NCBI GenBank assembly: GCA_964016885.1
Contig: OZ024747.1
Span: 18,910,001 to 18,974,000 of the forward strand
Direction: 5' to 3'
Source of the DNA: Eledone cirrhosa
Taxonomy: Eukaryota
Length of the DNA: 64,000 nucleotides
Every line of letters begins with the position of its first letter. The first letter of the stretch is position 1. Positions 1-13,975 of this stretch are shown one piece after another. The notes under the pieces were generated by a model. The model did not search any database and was not told the origin of the DNA. It saw nothing but the letters and a program-made list of their open reading frames with translations. The translations under genes were made by a program, and so were the position numbers.

Positions 1-168
1 CGATAGAATAAAGTACCAGTAATGCATTGGGTAATTGCTGGCCTTGTGCCAAAAGTAGAAACAATTAAATGAAGTGTTTTGCCTTTCATCCTTCCGGCGT
101 CGATAGAATAAAGTACCAGTAATGCATTGGGTAATTGCTGGCCTTGTGCCAAAAGTAGAAACAATTAA
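1..168 (+). mobile_element. SINE family A 3' halves, ~100-bp tandem duplication
   Basis: Two copies of gatagaataaagtaccagtaatgcattgggtaattgctggccttgtgccaaaagtagaaacaatt, 100 bp apart. The same core and tail occur in the full copy at 41464-41654. Confidence 0.85.
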
Positions 169-539
169 ATGAAGTGTTTTGCTCACGAACACAACACACA
201 ACCCAGCCCAGCCCAGCCCAGGAATCGAACCATGACATTATGATCGTAAGTGCAACACTCTTACCACTAGGCCACGCGCCTGAGGCGATGATTAACCTGT
301 ATACTTTTTGGGGAGGGTGTGGGGTAACATAGTGTATCTAAACCCCATTTGCCAATGTGTCCTTCCATTTTTAAGGCAGTAAAGTTTAATTTGGGGGAGA
401 CTTAGCTGTTATTTCAAACAGATATAATAACCCTGGAGTACAGAAAAGAGGACAGAGGACTGAGATGGGTGAACAAATGCTGTACAACAGACACATGAGG
501 GTGAGGGCAGATATTAAAAACAACAATAATAATAACAGT

Positions 540-890
540 AGTGGTGGGAGTGGTGGACGTGGGGTAGGTGGCGTGGCGGCAGAGGTAGTGGTGGTGGTGG
601 TGGCGACATCGGTAGTGTGATGATGGTGGTGGTGATGGTGGTGGTGGTGGTGGCGACATCGGTAGTGTGATGATGGTGGTGGTGATGGTGACAGAGGTGG
701 TGGTGTGGTGGTGGTGGCGACAGTGGTGGTGGTGGCGACAGTGGTGGTAGTGGCGACAGTGGTGGTAGTGGCGACATTGGTGGTGGTGGTGGTGGCGACA
801 TTGATGGTGGTGGTGGAGACATGGGTGGTGGTGGCGGCGGCGGTGATGGTGATAGTGATGACTCCGCTGATGAGGATGATAACGAAGATG
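540..890. repeat. (GGT)n/(GAT)n low-complexity tract with GGCGACA higher-order units
   Basis: Visible directly. It explains the spurious poly-H/P/V ORFs. Confidence 0.9.
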
Positions 891-1338
891 ATATATGAAC
901 CTTGGTGTAATCATATCAAATAAATTGTTAAATGACTATATAGGCTACACCGAAAACTTCATTCTTAAATAAATAAACACACAAATACATAAAACAAAAC
1001 AAAATAAAATAAAAATGAAACAAACAATATTACTTAATTGACAGAACACGATAGTATCAGTAAGGCCCCCCCCCCCACCCCACCCCCCAAAAAACACAAT
1101 ATTAAACAAACAAAAAACATCTCCTGTATACAAAAATGTTAGCAAGCAATAAATCCAGTGACATTACAATGATATTAATTTCTCCCCCGACCAAAAGTTA
1201 CTACAGACAACGTTAAATGACTATAATGTTTGAAATAAAGCCTAGCTCTGTTGATTTATGATTTGTTTTCATTTTAAGTTTGTTTTGTGTTTGTTGTTGC
1301 CGTTTTGTCTTTCTTTCGTTAGTTGCCACGACTGTGGT

Positions 1339-1403
<65 letters not shown>

Positions 1404-2386
1404 GTCTTTTCGTATAAACACAAAGAGAAGTTTATAAAGAAAGACAGGTAAAAACAGATAACATTACAATGCATTCATGCTATCCTTTTAAAGATATTCA
1501 TCATCATCATCAACAACAACGCCATTTAATGTCTGGCTTCCCTGATAGCAAGAATTGAACAGATAGTCACAAACCATGTCAGTACTTAAGCAAAGCTACT
1601 GACCTCTTAAATGAGCCGAGGTGGTGGTGTTGAGTGAGGGGAGCCGCATCTCATTGGAAGAGGAGAAAGCTGTACCACCATTGGGCTGATACTTTCTTTA
1701 TCGACTCCAAAAGACAATGTGGACTTCAACGAGATTTGAACTCAGAACGATGAATCTCAGATCAAATATCCAACATCCTAACCACTCTGCCAAACCAACC
1801 ACCTTGATATTTTACAATTAACAGTTCGATGTTTTAAAAAACTTTTTAATCAAGGTGAGAAGGACAATGCCCATAACCCTTTTCGGGGTCTTGGGGAATG
1901 ATGGGAGGGAGGAGGGTGTTCTCAAACTGAAGACCTGCTCCAAATACTTCCAACAAAGTAGTCCCTGCTAAAAGTACGCAAGGGACATGTGGTGGTGGTT
2001 CTAAACCAAGTGATGGATTAAGTCTACCACCCAAGTAACCCACAACGAGATTTGACCTTGGAATACAAAACGTCAGAACAAATTCCACCAGGCATCTTAT
2101 CTGATGATCTAATAATTCTACCAATCCATTGCCAGGGACAGATACTTTATTTTATCAGCCCTAAAAGGACAAGAGGCAAACCCAACCCCACCTGGATTTA
2201 AAAGCAGAAGGTGAAATAAATACGACAAAGTATGTCTGTATCATACTCTAATGACTCTGACAATTCTTTGAAAACTATCAAGTTGTTAATAATTAGATAA
2301 TACCAAGGAGGGCAAAAATTAGGTAGGCTGATACAGCAATTTAACAGGCATTTTGACTGACTCACTAAATGAATGTAACCTTTGTT

Positions 2387-2597
2387 GGCGTGTGGCTGAG
2401 TGGTTAGAGAATTGGATTCGCAGTCGTGAGGTTGTGAGTACGATTCTCGACCCGGCCGGTGCGTTATGTCCTTGAGCAAGACACTTTATTTCACGTTGCT
2501 CCTTCTACCTGGAGTTGCGACCGATAGATAGTATTAGCAATTGGAAAGACCAATGGAAACATTGTTTCCTCGGTTCGATTTGACGAAAGTCGATCGT
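2387..2597 (+). mobile_element. SINE family B (tRNA-derived head, CORE-like gtccttgagcaagacacttt block)
   Basis: A-box (ggctgagtggttag), B-box-like (gagtacgattctc), then the core block. Similar copies at ~175-282(-), 3840-4000(-), 7900-8170, 8400-8650(-), 23867-24120, 40925-41255, 45222-45375, 48228-48425, 50764-51030, 61182-61397. Confidence 0.85.
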
Positions 2598-2641
2598 TCC
2601 TTTTGTATGGGTAGTATACATTGAGGTTGGATCCCCAAAAT

Positions 2642-2984
2642 CAGAGGATCTCAAACTTTTTGGACCACCGCCCACCTCACAGCCACGTAATACCCTCAAC
2701 GCCCCCAACCCTATATCCAGAGAGACCTGCCTACACGCAAATTGTAAAAGAATATATAATAAATAAAATCATTAATTTATATATAATAAATAATATAATA
2801 TATACTATGTATAAATAAATATTATATATTTTTTTATTTTACTATATTTATATATATGTTTCATTTGATATTTAATATACTATTATATCATCTCTACCAC
2901 CAACCCCCAGCGCCCCCTGGACCTTCTCAACGCCCCCCCCCCCCGGGCGTGGGTTGGGAGTAGTGCCCACTTTGAGATCCTCTG
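2642..2984. mobile_element. hAT-type MITE
   Basis: 14-bp perfect TIR cagaggatctcaaa/tttgagatcctctg. Degenerate 8-bp TSD cccaaaat/cactaaat. Confidence 0.8.
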
Positions 2985-3466
2985 CACTAAATTAATGTAA
3001 CATTTATATGGGTAGCGTACATGGAGGTTGGATCCTCTAAATCAAAACAGACACTACAGAATGGCCAAGATGAAGAAAGAGGTTGGGAACAGTGTAATAA
3101 ATAAGATATTTGCTATGTAGTATTAGGTTATAAGAATTACTCCAGTAAGGAAGGTTAACTGTATGGTTTATCAGATATAATTTCTCATTAAAGATAAGCC
3201 CATTACGGAAATATGTGTAAATAACTTCGACTGACATTGAAACATTAGACAATGTTGATTCAGTTTAATTGATACTAATCCTTTTAGTAAAGTCTTCTGT
3301 CTTCAACAAATTATGTCTTGATGTCTGCAGAAGTTGATTATGTAGGAGTGAGTTGATGACAGTGGATGGTGGCTATCTAGTAACAGGCATTACACAATGT
3401 TGCTTTTATTCATGTCCGTACGTGTGTGTTTGTTTTGTTTATGAGTATGAATGTATATACATGTGC

Positions 3467-3502
<36 letters not shown>

Positions 3503-3676
3503 CGTTTTTGTATTTGTTTTGCAAGATTCTTGATGTTAAATAATGTGTTGAAACAGATATTGTTATACTTTAAGAGGGTCATATATATACAGAATATCCA
3601 AAAAAAATCTATACACACTTCAACAGCATTCTAATAAATATATGTATACATTTTTGGGGGGCATCCTATATGTGTA

Positions 3677-3830
3677 TCATCATCATCATCATCATTTCAT
3701 GTCCGCTTTTTCCCTGCTTGCGAGGGTGGGACGGGAACTGATGCTGGCTTGATTTCTACAGCTGGATACCCTTCCTAACACCAACCTCATTTACAGTGAG
3801 TGCTGGGTGCTTTTTTGCCGTGGCACCTCC
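3677..3830 (-). mobile_element. SINE with (ATG)n tail (RTE-type tail family)
   Basis: (cat)n followed by ttcatgtccgcttttt...ttctacagctggatacccttcctaacaccaacc. Related copies near 1500, 11305-11520, 12100-12243 (opposite strand) and 13580-13660. Confidence 0.7.
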
Positions 3831-4188
3831 ATGATATGGACCCCCAGTCCCTATCATCTTATTTCTACAGCTGAGTAAACTGGAGCAATGTGAAATAAAG
3901 TGTCTTGCTCAAGGAAACAACACATCACCCGGTCTGAGAATTGAACTCACAACCTTTCGATTGCAAGGCCAATGCTCTAACCACTAAGCCATGTGCCTCC
4001 ATATATATATATATATTATATATATATATATACAAATAAAATATAGAGTTATTAACTCATATTGATACCCTGCAATTAACGGTATGTATAGGAAATCTTG
4101 TATCTTACTGTATGCTTCAGTTTAAATATATAAAACATTTGTGGTGTAATCTACCCTCGTAATTTTAGACACAGAATTACAAACTTTG

Positions 4189-4251
4189 TATTTTATCTGA
4201 TGAAAGTGTATCAATGTGTCTTGGTACCCTTGAAATATATATAATAAAATA
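4189..4251 (+). ncRNA. Type I minimal hammerhead ribozyme motif (Penelope-like pLTR)
   Basis: TATTTTAT-CTGATGA-aagtgtatcaa(tgtgtc)ttggtaccctt-GAAA-TATATA-TA-ATAAAATA. Stem I is a perfect 8 bp, stem II pairs and stem III is palindromic. The cassette (4035-4388) is flanked by (TA)n. Confidence 0.85.
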
Positions 4252-4455
4252 AATATCGTTTTATAAATATAGTTTCCATTTATTTAATATCATTGAATAT
4301 TTCCTCCAGTAAACTGTTGAGTGCTCTAAATCAGTTATAAACATTTATATTTGTTGGACTTCCAACAAATTAACTACCCCTTCAACTTATATATACATAT
4401 ATATAACAACTGAAGGTCGGGTTGGAAACTTTCTTTAAATTTTGAATTCTGTGGA

Positions 4456-4531
4456 AACTCTATATATATTTCAATGACCCAGTTTCATCATCTGAACATG
4501 ATGCAAGACTTAAGTGGTTTCATCAGGCGTT
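4456..4531 (-). ncRNA. Hammerhead ribozyme motif with long stem II
   Basis: Minus strand aacgc-CTGATGA-(~47 nt)-GAAA-TATATA-TA-gagtt. Stem I has one mismatch. Confidence 0.6.
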
Positions 4532-4845
4532 GATTGCAGAATTAGTTATATAACAAGATTATGGCGAATACAAACAGAGGTTAGATTTGTTTTGGAGATG
4601 GCTTGCAATTCGGTGTTATTGTAACGGCAAACCACATCGAAATGTCCTCTATCTTTTATTCTCTGTTGGTATTTGTCGTAATCCTATTTTAATAATATAT
4701 CTAATAATATACATCATTTAGTGCAACATATCCTGTCTACATTACAAAAAAACAGTGCTGAAAGCAATAGCTGTATATATATATAGATACATATATATAT
4801 ACACATAAATACAGAGAGAGGGGGGGGGGGTTACAAGCATAATCA

Positions 4846-5030
4846 TAATTGTTTCTACTTTTGGCACAAGGCCAGCAATTACCCAGTGTATTACTGGTAC
4901 TTTATTTTATCGACCCCGTAAGGATGAAAGGCAAAGTTAACCTCGGCAGGATTCAAACTCAGAATGGCAATGGCCGTAACTGTATGCGTCAAGGCATGGT
5001 GTCCGACCCTCTACCGATACTGCCAATCCA
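4846..5030 (-). mobile_element. SINE family A (tRNA-derived)
   Basis: Reverse complement of the full family-A unit. Other copies at 5645-5890(-), 10498-10690(+), 21942-22050(-), 26040-26215(+), 39695-39882(-), 46457-46795(-), 53058-53250(-). Confidence 0.9.
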
Positions 5031-5396
5031 AATGAGCCATAATAAGATGCCATGTCTGTTTGTATATTCACTTATATATTTCTCTGTAACTCTTTAAGAT
5101 TTAGTCACACAATGCATTTCCTATGACAGTCACGTAGCTACGATAAAAAGTTTTCTTTCCAATCATATTGTCCTGGGTTCTGTAAATAGTTATTACTCCA
5201 AAGTTACTCATACATTTAATCCTGGATGTCATTGGTACATACATGAAGAAAATGGATGTAATTATATGTTAGAAATAAATTATTTAAATATTATTCTTAT
5301 CTTATGTCATTTCAACGTGTCAACAATCAACTTAATCTATAGGGTTTCAAAATGCAAATTTACCAAATTGTATGTTTCTTCATAAATCCAATAATT

Positions 5397-5447
<51 letters not shown>

Positions 5448-6345
5448 ACTTTGGGATTTGTGAAGAAACTGAGAGAGAGGGAGAGAGAGAGAGAGAGAGG
5501 GAGAGAGAGAGACCAATCCTGGTCTACAAAAGTTGAATGTTTACTATTATTGCTATCATTATTAATGGCAAGGGTTCACTAGTAAATAAATGCTGTATGT
5601 CTAGAAGGGAGGAGCGTCGTCACCACAGACATATAAAATCAAGTAATAATTGTTTCTACTTTAGGCACAAGGCCAGCAATTATCCAGTGCATTACTGGTA
5701 CTTTCAAGTAATAATTGTTTCTACGTTAGGCACAAGCAATTAGCCAGTGCATTACTGGTACTTTATTTTATCGACCCCGTAAGGATGAAAGGCAAAGTTA
5801 ACCTCGGCGGGATTTGAACTCAGAATGGCAAGGGCCGTAACTCTATGCGTCAAAGCATGGCGTCCGACCCTCTACCGATACTGCCAATCCAAGTAATAAT
5901 AACTTCTAGACAGTAAACAAAAGTTTTGTTTTTTTTATGCAATCAAAACACAAAATTCAAATAAAGAGTCAGGTTAAGTATCTAATTTCTAATTTAGGCA
6001 CCAAGGCCAAACATTGGTGGAGAGGGAAAAGTTGCTTATACCGACCTCAGTATTTTACTTGTCCTTTATTTTATCAAGCCCAGAAGGATGAAAGGCAAAG
6101 TTGACCTCAGCAGGATTTGAACTTAGAACATAAAGAGCAGGTACAAATACCAGAAAGTATTTTGTCTGCTGCTCTAACAATCCTGCCAACCCACTCCTCT
6201 AATCAGTTAAAATATATAATACTGTAACAAACAGATTGACAAAAGAATGAACTGCAAAAATAATTGAATGCTATGGTCTAGTTCTGCTAAACAGAAGTGG
6301 GCTGAGGACAGAGCTATGATGAACACCTACCTGTATACTTATTCA

Positions 6346-6415
<70 letters not shown>

Positions 6416-6455
6416 TTTACTGGTAAAATTTTCATTTAGTTATTTTCTAACTTAA

Positions 6456-6660
6456 CCCTTTAGCGTTTAAACCGGCCATATCCGGCCAGAATTCTCTCAC
6501 CTCCTGTTCAAACCAGTCATAACTGGCCATTCATACCGAGGTTAAGGTATTGTCCTCAAAATAAATAATATCAAAATCTTGTAGATACGATATTATGTGA
6601 GATAAAGCCTTTTATGTGAAAATACAATAGTAAATATAGAGTAATGTGAATGCTATAGGG
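6456..6660. mobile_element. piggyBac-type MITE (family P1)
   Basis: TTAA|CCCTTTAGC...GCTATAGGG|TTAA. Homologues at 13769-13975 and ~45170-45596. Confidence 0.8.
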
Positions 6661-6724
6661 TTAATCGACTACTTTTGAGAAAACATTCCACTACTTTATA
6701 TAAAGGTTCAATGACTAAAACCAG

Positions 6725-6974
6725 TTAACCTATTTGATATCAACCCAGCCAAAACTGCTTCTGGTTCTATAAAACAAAAACAAACAAAAACTCATTTTAA
6801 AATGTTCTTATTTAAATTAAAATTTTCCTACATAATTTTATATAAAAACCACGTGTTAAGTTACTATCTTAGTAGTGAAATAATTAATAATTTTAGTAAA
6901 ACATTCAAAATTCCTCGTTAATTAATTGAAAGAGAGTGAAATTACATTAGAAATATGGTCATGAAAGGGTTAAA
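6725..6974. mobile_element. piggyBac-type MITE (family P2)
   Basis: ttaacc...gaaagggttaa ends. Homologues at ~13700-14140 and 51147-51403. Confidence 0.65.
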
Positions 6975-7226
6975 GAATAAAAGAGTAATTAACAATAGTG
7001 TAAAAGAATAAAAGTTAGGGGGAAGGCAGAAAAACATTTAAATAACCTTTATTAAAAGCAGCGTGCCAACCCAGCACTACACCACTACCCAATCAATCAT
7101 CTCCACCCTTAACCTGGAAGTTAATTACGGGTGGATAGGAAATTATCTGAAAATAATCAATACATAGTAATCATAGTTGAACAATCAAGAAAATTACTGA
7201 GAACATTCTACTAGCCGGTTAGCTTA

Positions 7227-7790
7227 CACATGTGTCTATATCTATAGACACATGTGTCTATAGATATATGTATCTGTATGAGTCTGTATGTGTCTATATC
7301 TGTAGACACATGTGTCTATAGATATATGTATCTGTATGAGTCTGTATGTGTCTACATCTGTAGACATATGTGTCTATATCTGTATGTGTCTCTATATCTG
7401 TTGGCATTTGTGTATGAGTTTGTATGTGTGCATGTTTGTGTCTGTGTTACTGGTGTGTGGGTGGGTGTGTGTATGCGTTTCTGTGTGTGCATGTATGTCT
7501 AATGTGTCTATGCAAGTATGTATTTGTGTATGTGTAAGCATGTATTTGTGCATGTGTAAGTATGTATTTGTGCATGTGTAAGCATGTATTTGTGCATGTG
7601 TAAGCATGTATTTGTGCATGTGTAAGTATGTATTTGTGTGTGTAAGTATGTATTTGTGTGTGTAAGTATGTATTTGTGTATGTGTAAGTATGTATTTGTG
7701 TATGTGTAAGCATGTATTTGTGTATGTGTAAGTATGTATTTGTGTAAGCATGTATTTTTGTAAGTGTAAGCATGTGCTTATGTCTACAAG
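7227..7790. repeat. TG-rich minisatellites (e.g. tgtgtaagcatgtatttgtgca ~20-22 bp units)
   Basis: Tandem units visible directly. Confidence 0.85.
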
Positions 7791-10497
7791 AGATCACAAT
7801 AATGAAGTAAATAATTTTAGTAAATCTCTCCAAATGTTTCATCGATTAACTGAAATACAGAGTATTTCATTAAAAATATGGTAACAAAAGGGTTAATGAT
7901 ACATGGCCTAATGGTCGGGGTGTTTATTTCATGATCATAAGATTGTGAGTTTGATTCTGGGACCATGTAGCACATTGTGTCCTTGAACAAGATACTTCAT
8001 TTCATGTTGCTCCAGTAGGTTCAACTGAAAAAAATGAGCACTGCCAGCAACAGTTAAGGGTTAACCTCATGATGAGCTGGGGCCTAATTCTGTACTCATA
8101 ATTGCTAAATGCCACTTGAAACTGGAATAAGCTTCAACCAGAGGACCCACTAGATTCAAGAAAGACTTCACATTTAATTGATTAATTAATCAATCAAAAT
8201 CCATGACCTAAGAAGACTGTTGGTGCACATCAAGACATACAACCTCCAGTGATTATTCTAACATGCAGTTGACCCATGCTTGTGAACTTTTAACTCATGT
8301 TGTACAGTTCTAAATCTAATTTTGTTTAGTAAGTTTACATGTGTTAAATACTACATGTGCTTACATAGCAAATGATTATTAAAAGACTTAATCAATCGAT
8401 CAAATCGATCGATAAGATCCCAGACTTCACTCAAGTACCAAGTGGGGTGGAACTCATCGAATTGGACCAAGGAATGTTTCCATTGGTCTTTCCATTGCTG
8501 ATACTATCTACCAGTCATAACTTCTAGCAGAAAGAACAACGTGAATAAAGTGTCTTACTCAAGGACATAACGTATCACTTAGTCCAGAAATCAAACTCGC
8601 AACCGTACAATTGTGAATCCAATTCTCTAACCACTAAGCTACATTCCTTAAAACACTTACAAAATGTTTTAAAATAACCATTACAAACACTTCTCAAAGA
8701 ATATCAAACACTGGATCATGGCATGGCTTCAAAGATTTGTGCAGTTTTAAAACTTCCCTTAAACCCAGACACCTTCCTCTCTCTAGTTTCTCTAGTCATC
8801 AGTCACCTTCAAGTTTTCTTACCTGTCTATTCTTTGATGTTGCTCAATAACTTCTCACATTAATCTCTTTTATGATCTTCCTACAACTTATTTACATACA
8901 TTTTCACTTCAGTAGTAGGTATAATATATTAATCTAAATTAAATTAGAAATTTCAAAAGCTACACTTGCTATTAAAATAAACCTGCAGCAACTTCCTCCT
9001 GTGAATGCATTAATATCCCTATTATTATTGTTGTTGTTTTTTAGCCCCAGATCTGAAGCTCTGAGTGAGTAGACATATAATCATAGCCATTCCAGTCTTT
9101 TTATATATCTAATACTATATGCCCTTTGCTAGGGCAGTAGCATGTTATTTGATAGAGATTAGTTGTTATTTCTAGCAGGTTGAGCAAACCATATAAAGGC
9201 TCTCTTGTTAGCTCATAAATATTCGTGCATTTCTTCCCTGTGTAGTCACATCTAAATTATGCTATCATAGTTGGGAGAGCAGGGGGGGGATGGTCTAGAC
9301 TACAGAAATTTGCAATAAATGTGATACTTCGCCCTGCCTACATCACATATCAACCATAATAACATGCCACATGTGTGTGTGTATGTATATCTGTAACTCT
9401 TTAAATTTACACACATATACATACACAATGCATTCCCTATCTCAGTCATGTTGCTATAATAAAAAATTTGCTTTCATAAAACCTTGGGTTCTAACCCTAT
9501 ATCTACCTCTGTAAATAGTTATTTCTCCAAAATTATTCATACATTTTTAATCCTGTATGTCATTTAGGCAGATATGCTGAACATCTACAAAATTACATCT
9601 TAGAAATAAATTATTAAAATATCATTTTTATCTTTAATCAATTCCATCATTAATTTATTAAAATGCAAATTTACTAGTTTGTATGATTGTTCATATATCT
9701 AGTAATCCCGGAATATATGACATGCCATTCCTAGACTTCAAAAATTAAATACGTTCAATGCTGTTGGCATCATTATTGATATCACTGATCCATTAGTAAC
9801 ACAATAATCTCACTGATTCATTGATGGAAGTCTGGTATTCTGACAATAATGAATTAATTGTCTAGCCTTTTCCAAACCAAATTTCTAATGAAATAGACCA
9901 TCCATATGTTTCAATTAATTTTTCAAATCCTCAAGAATTAGGAGATATTTAGGAAAAAGAACAAAGAGATTTTATTAAGTTGATTTTAGAAAGATATTTT
10001 AAGAAAAGGTTTATATTTTTTTATGTTTTAATCTGGGGGAAAAAAAGCAGTACTTATGAACTGTAAAAACAATTTTCTTTAGCAATACACAAATGTATAA
10101 AAATAAAAATATTTGGGAAAGAATCTTTTCCATATCTGTTCATATTTCTACCATTGTATGTATAACAGAAAGAACTAGCACACTGAACTTGAGTTTTCTA
10201 TCTTCACAAGATTTTAGTTACATGTGGCTACATTACCTGATTACATATACTTTAGGTTATATTAACATATTTATAATGAATGTAGTAAACTGACAAACAC
10301 ACACACACATAAATATATGACACATTTCCTTACAGTTTCTGTCAACCAAATTTCATTCACAAGTCATTGAAACACTTTCCTAGGTTGTCATACAGTGGGA
10401 TGGAACCTGAAACCACATGGGTAGAAAATGAAATTCTTAACAACACAGCTATATCTGCGTCTATAAGAAATAGATAAATTATTGTTTCTATTATTAA

Positions 10498-10690
10498 AGA
10501 GGCAGTGGATTGGCAGTATCGGTAGAAGTCGGACGCCATACTTTGCAATATAGAGTTACGTCCCTTTACGGTCTGAGTTCAAATCCTGCTGAGGTTAACT
10601 TTGCCTTTCACCTTACGGGGTCGATAAAATAAAGTACCAGTAATGCACTGGGATAATTGCTGGCCTTGTGCCAAAAGTAGAAACAATTAT
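10498..10690 (+). mobile_element. Full SINE family A with TSD, inserted at the head of an older SINE
   Basis: attattaaagaggca is duplicated at both ends. An older diverged SINE follows (10690-10850). Confidence 0.85.
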
Positions 10691-11697
10691 TAAAGAGGCA
10701 ATGAATTGGCAGAGTTGTTAAAATATTGGATAGAATGCTTTGCTGTATTCATTCCAGCTCTTTCAGTTCAAATCACTCCAAAGTTAACTTCGCCTTTCAT
10801 CCTTTCGAGGTCGATAAAAAGAGTACCAGTTCAGTACTGGGATCGATTCTTCCTCTACAGATCTTTTACACTTTCTCTCTCTCGCTCTCTCACTCGTTCT
10901 AGAAGAAATTGACTGACTTCAGAAATTGGCTGGAGAGGGGAGGAGCTTTCAGAGGTTTAAAAAGTGCCCTAAATATAAGTATTTCATGACGTTCCTCCTA
11001 TGACTCCATCGGGAGTTACAGGGCAATATATATACATCTATTGTTAAAATGGGCGTGGTATCTGTTATTTCCTCCAAGATACAATCATTTATTTCAAGAT
11101 ATGTTATTACTATTGTAATGATAATTGATACTGTCAGATAACCTTGAATCAATGTTTCAATAAATTATACTGTATAGGATAAAATGTAAACAGCCAGTTA
11201 ATAAAGTTGAAACCATCAATAAAACAATTATTATATCTATTGTTTATCATGTGAAATATATCTTGTAATTATTTCATTTCTAGCTAATTCTATTTCTCTA
11301 CAACATCATCATTTTACATCCATTTTTCCATACTAGAATGGTTTGGATGGATTGTTATAAAGCAAGTCAGTATTTAATTGGAGCTGTCTTCCTAGACAAG
11401 TCACGCAACTACATCTAACTCAATATATTGCATTTGGGTATGTCTGCAGCTGGATACCTTTCTTAATTCCAACCATTTTACAGAGTGTGTTGGGTGCATT
11501 TTACTGTGGCATCAGCACTCGAGGAATTACCTAGTATGTCAAAAGACAGAGTTCTCACTACTCTACATTGTCTCAATTCATCCAAGGAAATATGATAAAG
11601 AGAAAGAAGAGAATTAAAATAATCCATCAATATTTTATGTAAGGTCCTTTTGATTAAGTTTTTATCAAATTTCTCCAAATTTTTTTTATTAAGATTA

Positions 11698-11867
11698 CCA
11701 TATTTCCCAGCATCGAAGATGCTACTTTTTTTCATAAAATAAGTCTCAAAAAATCTACCATGCATCCTGGAAGCCAAAGGTTGTTTATTATTTTTTTTCA
11801 AATTTTTGGTTGTCAAAATTAGGGTGCATCCTCAAGGACGAAGCGTCTTCAGCGCCAGGAAATACGG
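11698..11867. mobile_element. pogo/Tigger-type MITE (Tc1/mariner superfamily)
   Basis: TA|CCATATTTCC...gaagatgc ... gcgtcttc...GGAAATACGG|TA imperfect TIRs with TA TSD. Confidence 0.7.
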
Positions 11868-13009
11868 TAATTGAACTACTTGGGTAGTATATTTCATTAG
11901 AGATATAGCTATAAAAGGGTTAATGAACCATGTATTAGATACAGACGCAACTTCTTACAACTGGTATCTTATCTTTGTTTGGTGGTGACGCTTGACACCT
12001 TTCACTTGCAGAAACATCATTACATTCCAGCAAAAACAATATTTAAATTTTCACTTTACTCTATGAGGTCTAAAGTCTAGAGTCAATTAACAGATTTATT
12101 CCTGTGAGGTGGTAGTGCTGGTGATACAGCAAAAAAACCACCCAGTTTACCCTGTAAGGTGGTCGTACTGGTGCCACAACAAAAAGCATCCATCTAACCC
12201 ATGCAAGCATGAAAAATAAACACTAGATGGTGATGATGATGATTCTAGCTGTAAGAACAGAACCCAATCCATAGACACAGTCTTCAGCAAAATAACAGCT
12301 TAATTCAAAACTTCAGCAACATCTAACATTGATACTTTACATATGTACAAAGATGTATTAGCAGAATACTTAGAATGTCAATAGAATACCAATAATATTT
12401 ATTCCTGCACTGTCCTCTAAGTTCAAATACCACCGAGACCAACTTTGCTTTCCATCCATTCAAGGGTTGATTGATAAAATAATAAACAGAACTGTTAAGT
12501 ATTGCAAGATATTGCAGACAGAATGGTGAATCTGAATCTTGGAAGATAGAGGAGATATGTTGAAAGAGACAGTCCAACTTTTAAGGCTCATTCTTGCAGA
12601 TGGCCATCTCCATCTCAATCACAATAAATAGGGTGATGGTTTAAGGACCCAGAACACCATATCTTTCTAATACTAGAGTTCAAAGCTAACATTCTACGAC
12701 CCTAAATGGACCCCCCCCCCCTATTGTCTAAGTATTGTCTAATCAGATACCCAGCTATGACTCTTTCATAAACAGCAGGGAGCAAATGACAACAATTAAC
12801 AAAGATTACCCTTGACAATTCACATATGATTAATATATTATCATAAAATCTACCCTAATAATGTGGTTGCCATGGTTTTTCTTTGGTCTCTGGTTATCCA
12901 CTGCTTCCACCCTTGATATACACCAAACCCACACCTCACAAGAATAATTGGTCACATGGAAATAATGACAAGCTCACAGCTGTTACCTTTCATCCATTAT
13001 CTGATGACA

Positions 13010-13340
13010 TATACACAACTATCATCAACACCACTGCCTCCAACACCACTACTATCACCAACACCACTACCAGCACCAACATCACTACCATAAACACCCC
13101 TACTACTATTTACAATTACCACCACAACTATCACCAACACCACTACTGTCAACATCACTACTATCACCACCATCAACACCACCACTATCACTAACACTAC
13201 TGCCTTTAATACCACTACTGTCAACACCACAACTACTACTACTACTACTTACAATCACCAACACCAGCACTGTCACCATCACCATGAATATCATCTATAC
13301 AACTATCACAATCACTACCACTACCACCACCACCACTACC
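13010..13340. repeat. (CAC/CAT/TAC)n low-complexity tract
   Basis: Visible directly. Confidence 0.85.
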
Positions 13341-13768
13341 ATACTTGGTGCCCCAGTAAGGGGAGAAAACAAGATTAATGAGATGTCATGTTGATTACTA
13401 ATTAGTCTATATTTAAGTAAGCTTTTAATGATTGGTTGTAACATGTCATGAATACATTAATACATCATGTGACCATATCCTACATTGTCATAAATTGATG
13501 ATGATGATGCTAATGTTGTTGTTTAACCCCAGGTCAACTCCTGTGATCAAAAGTGTTTCAGTCATGACCTTCATGATGAATCATCATCATCATCCTTTTT
13601 TCATCAACTTTTCCATTCTGGTAATGTTTTACAGCCAGATGCCCTTCCTTACACCAACCTTTTTAGTCGCTTCTTGTGACATGCAGAGATATGGTGTACC
13701 TATTCTAAACCAGATACAAAACCATCTGAAACTGCCCATGGTTCTATGATACTAGGTTAAACCTTTAA

Positions 13769-13975
13769 CCCTTTAGCATTTAAACCAGCCTTATCTGGCC
13801 AGCATTTTCTCACCTCTTTCTGTTCAACCCAGCCATAATCGGCCGCTCATATTGATGTTAAAATAAATAACATCAAAATCTCATAGATTCGATATTTTGT
13901 GAGATAATTATGTGAGGTAAAGCCTTTACTGTGAAAATATAATAGTAAATATAGAATAATGTAAATGCTAAAGAG
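13769..13975. mobile_element. piggyBac-type MITE P1 nested in a P2 copy
   Basis: TTAA|CCCTTTAGC...GCTAAAGAG|TTAA. The flanks match the two halves of the 6725-6974 element. Confidence 0.75.

Noticed and set aside
414-923. His/Pro/Val-rich ORFs
   Set aside because: Translations of a (GGT)n low-complexity tract.
1846-1965. Possible minus-strand terminal exon (GTTLLEVFGAG...GYGHCPSHLD*) after tttagcag
   Set aside because: No upstream exons or recognised domain. It partly resembles the decayed MITE-like segment at ~14300-14410.
2387-2460. tRNA genes at SINE heads
   Set aside because: A/B boxes are followed by SINE core and tail in many diverged copies, with no intact cloverleaf.
3037-3380. Long nearly open minus-strand frame
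   Set aside because: Contains a stop, has no recognisable motif, and is compatible with chance.
10949-11152. Hydrophobic ORF faintly like Cys-loop receptor TM2-TM3 (…TDTTPIL…)
   Set aside because: Similarity is too weak by eye, with no ligand-binding domain or other TM segments in frame.
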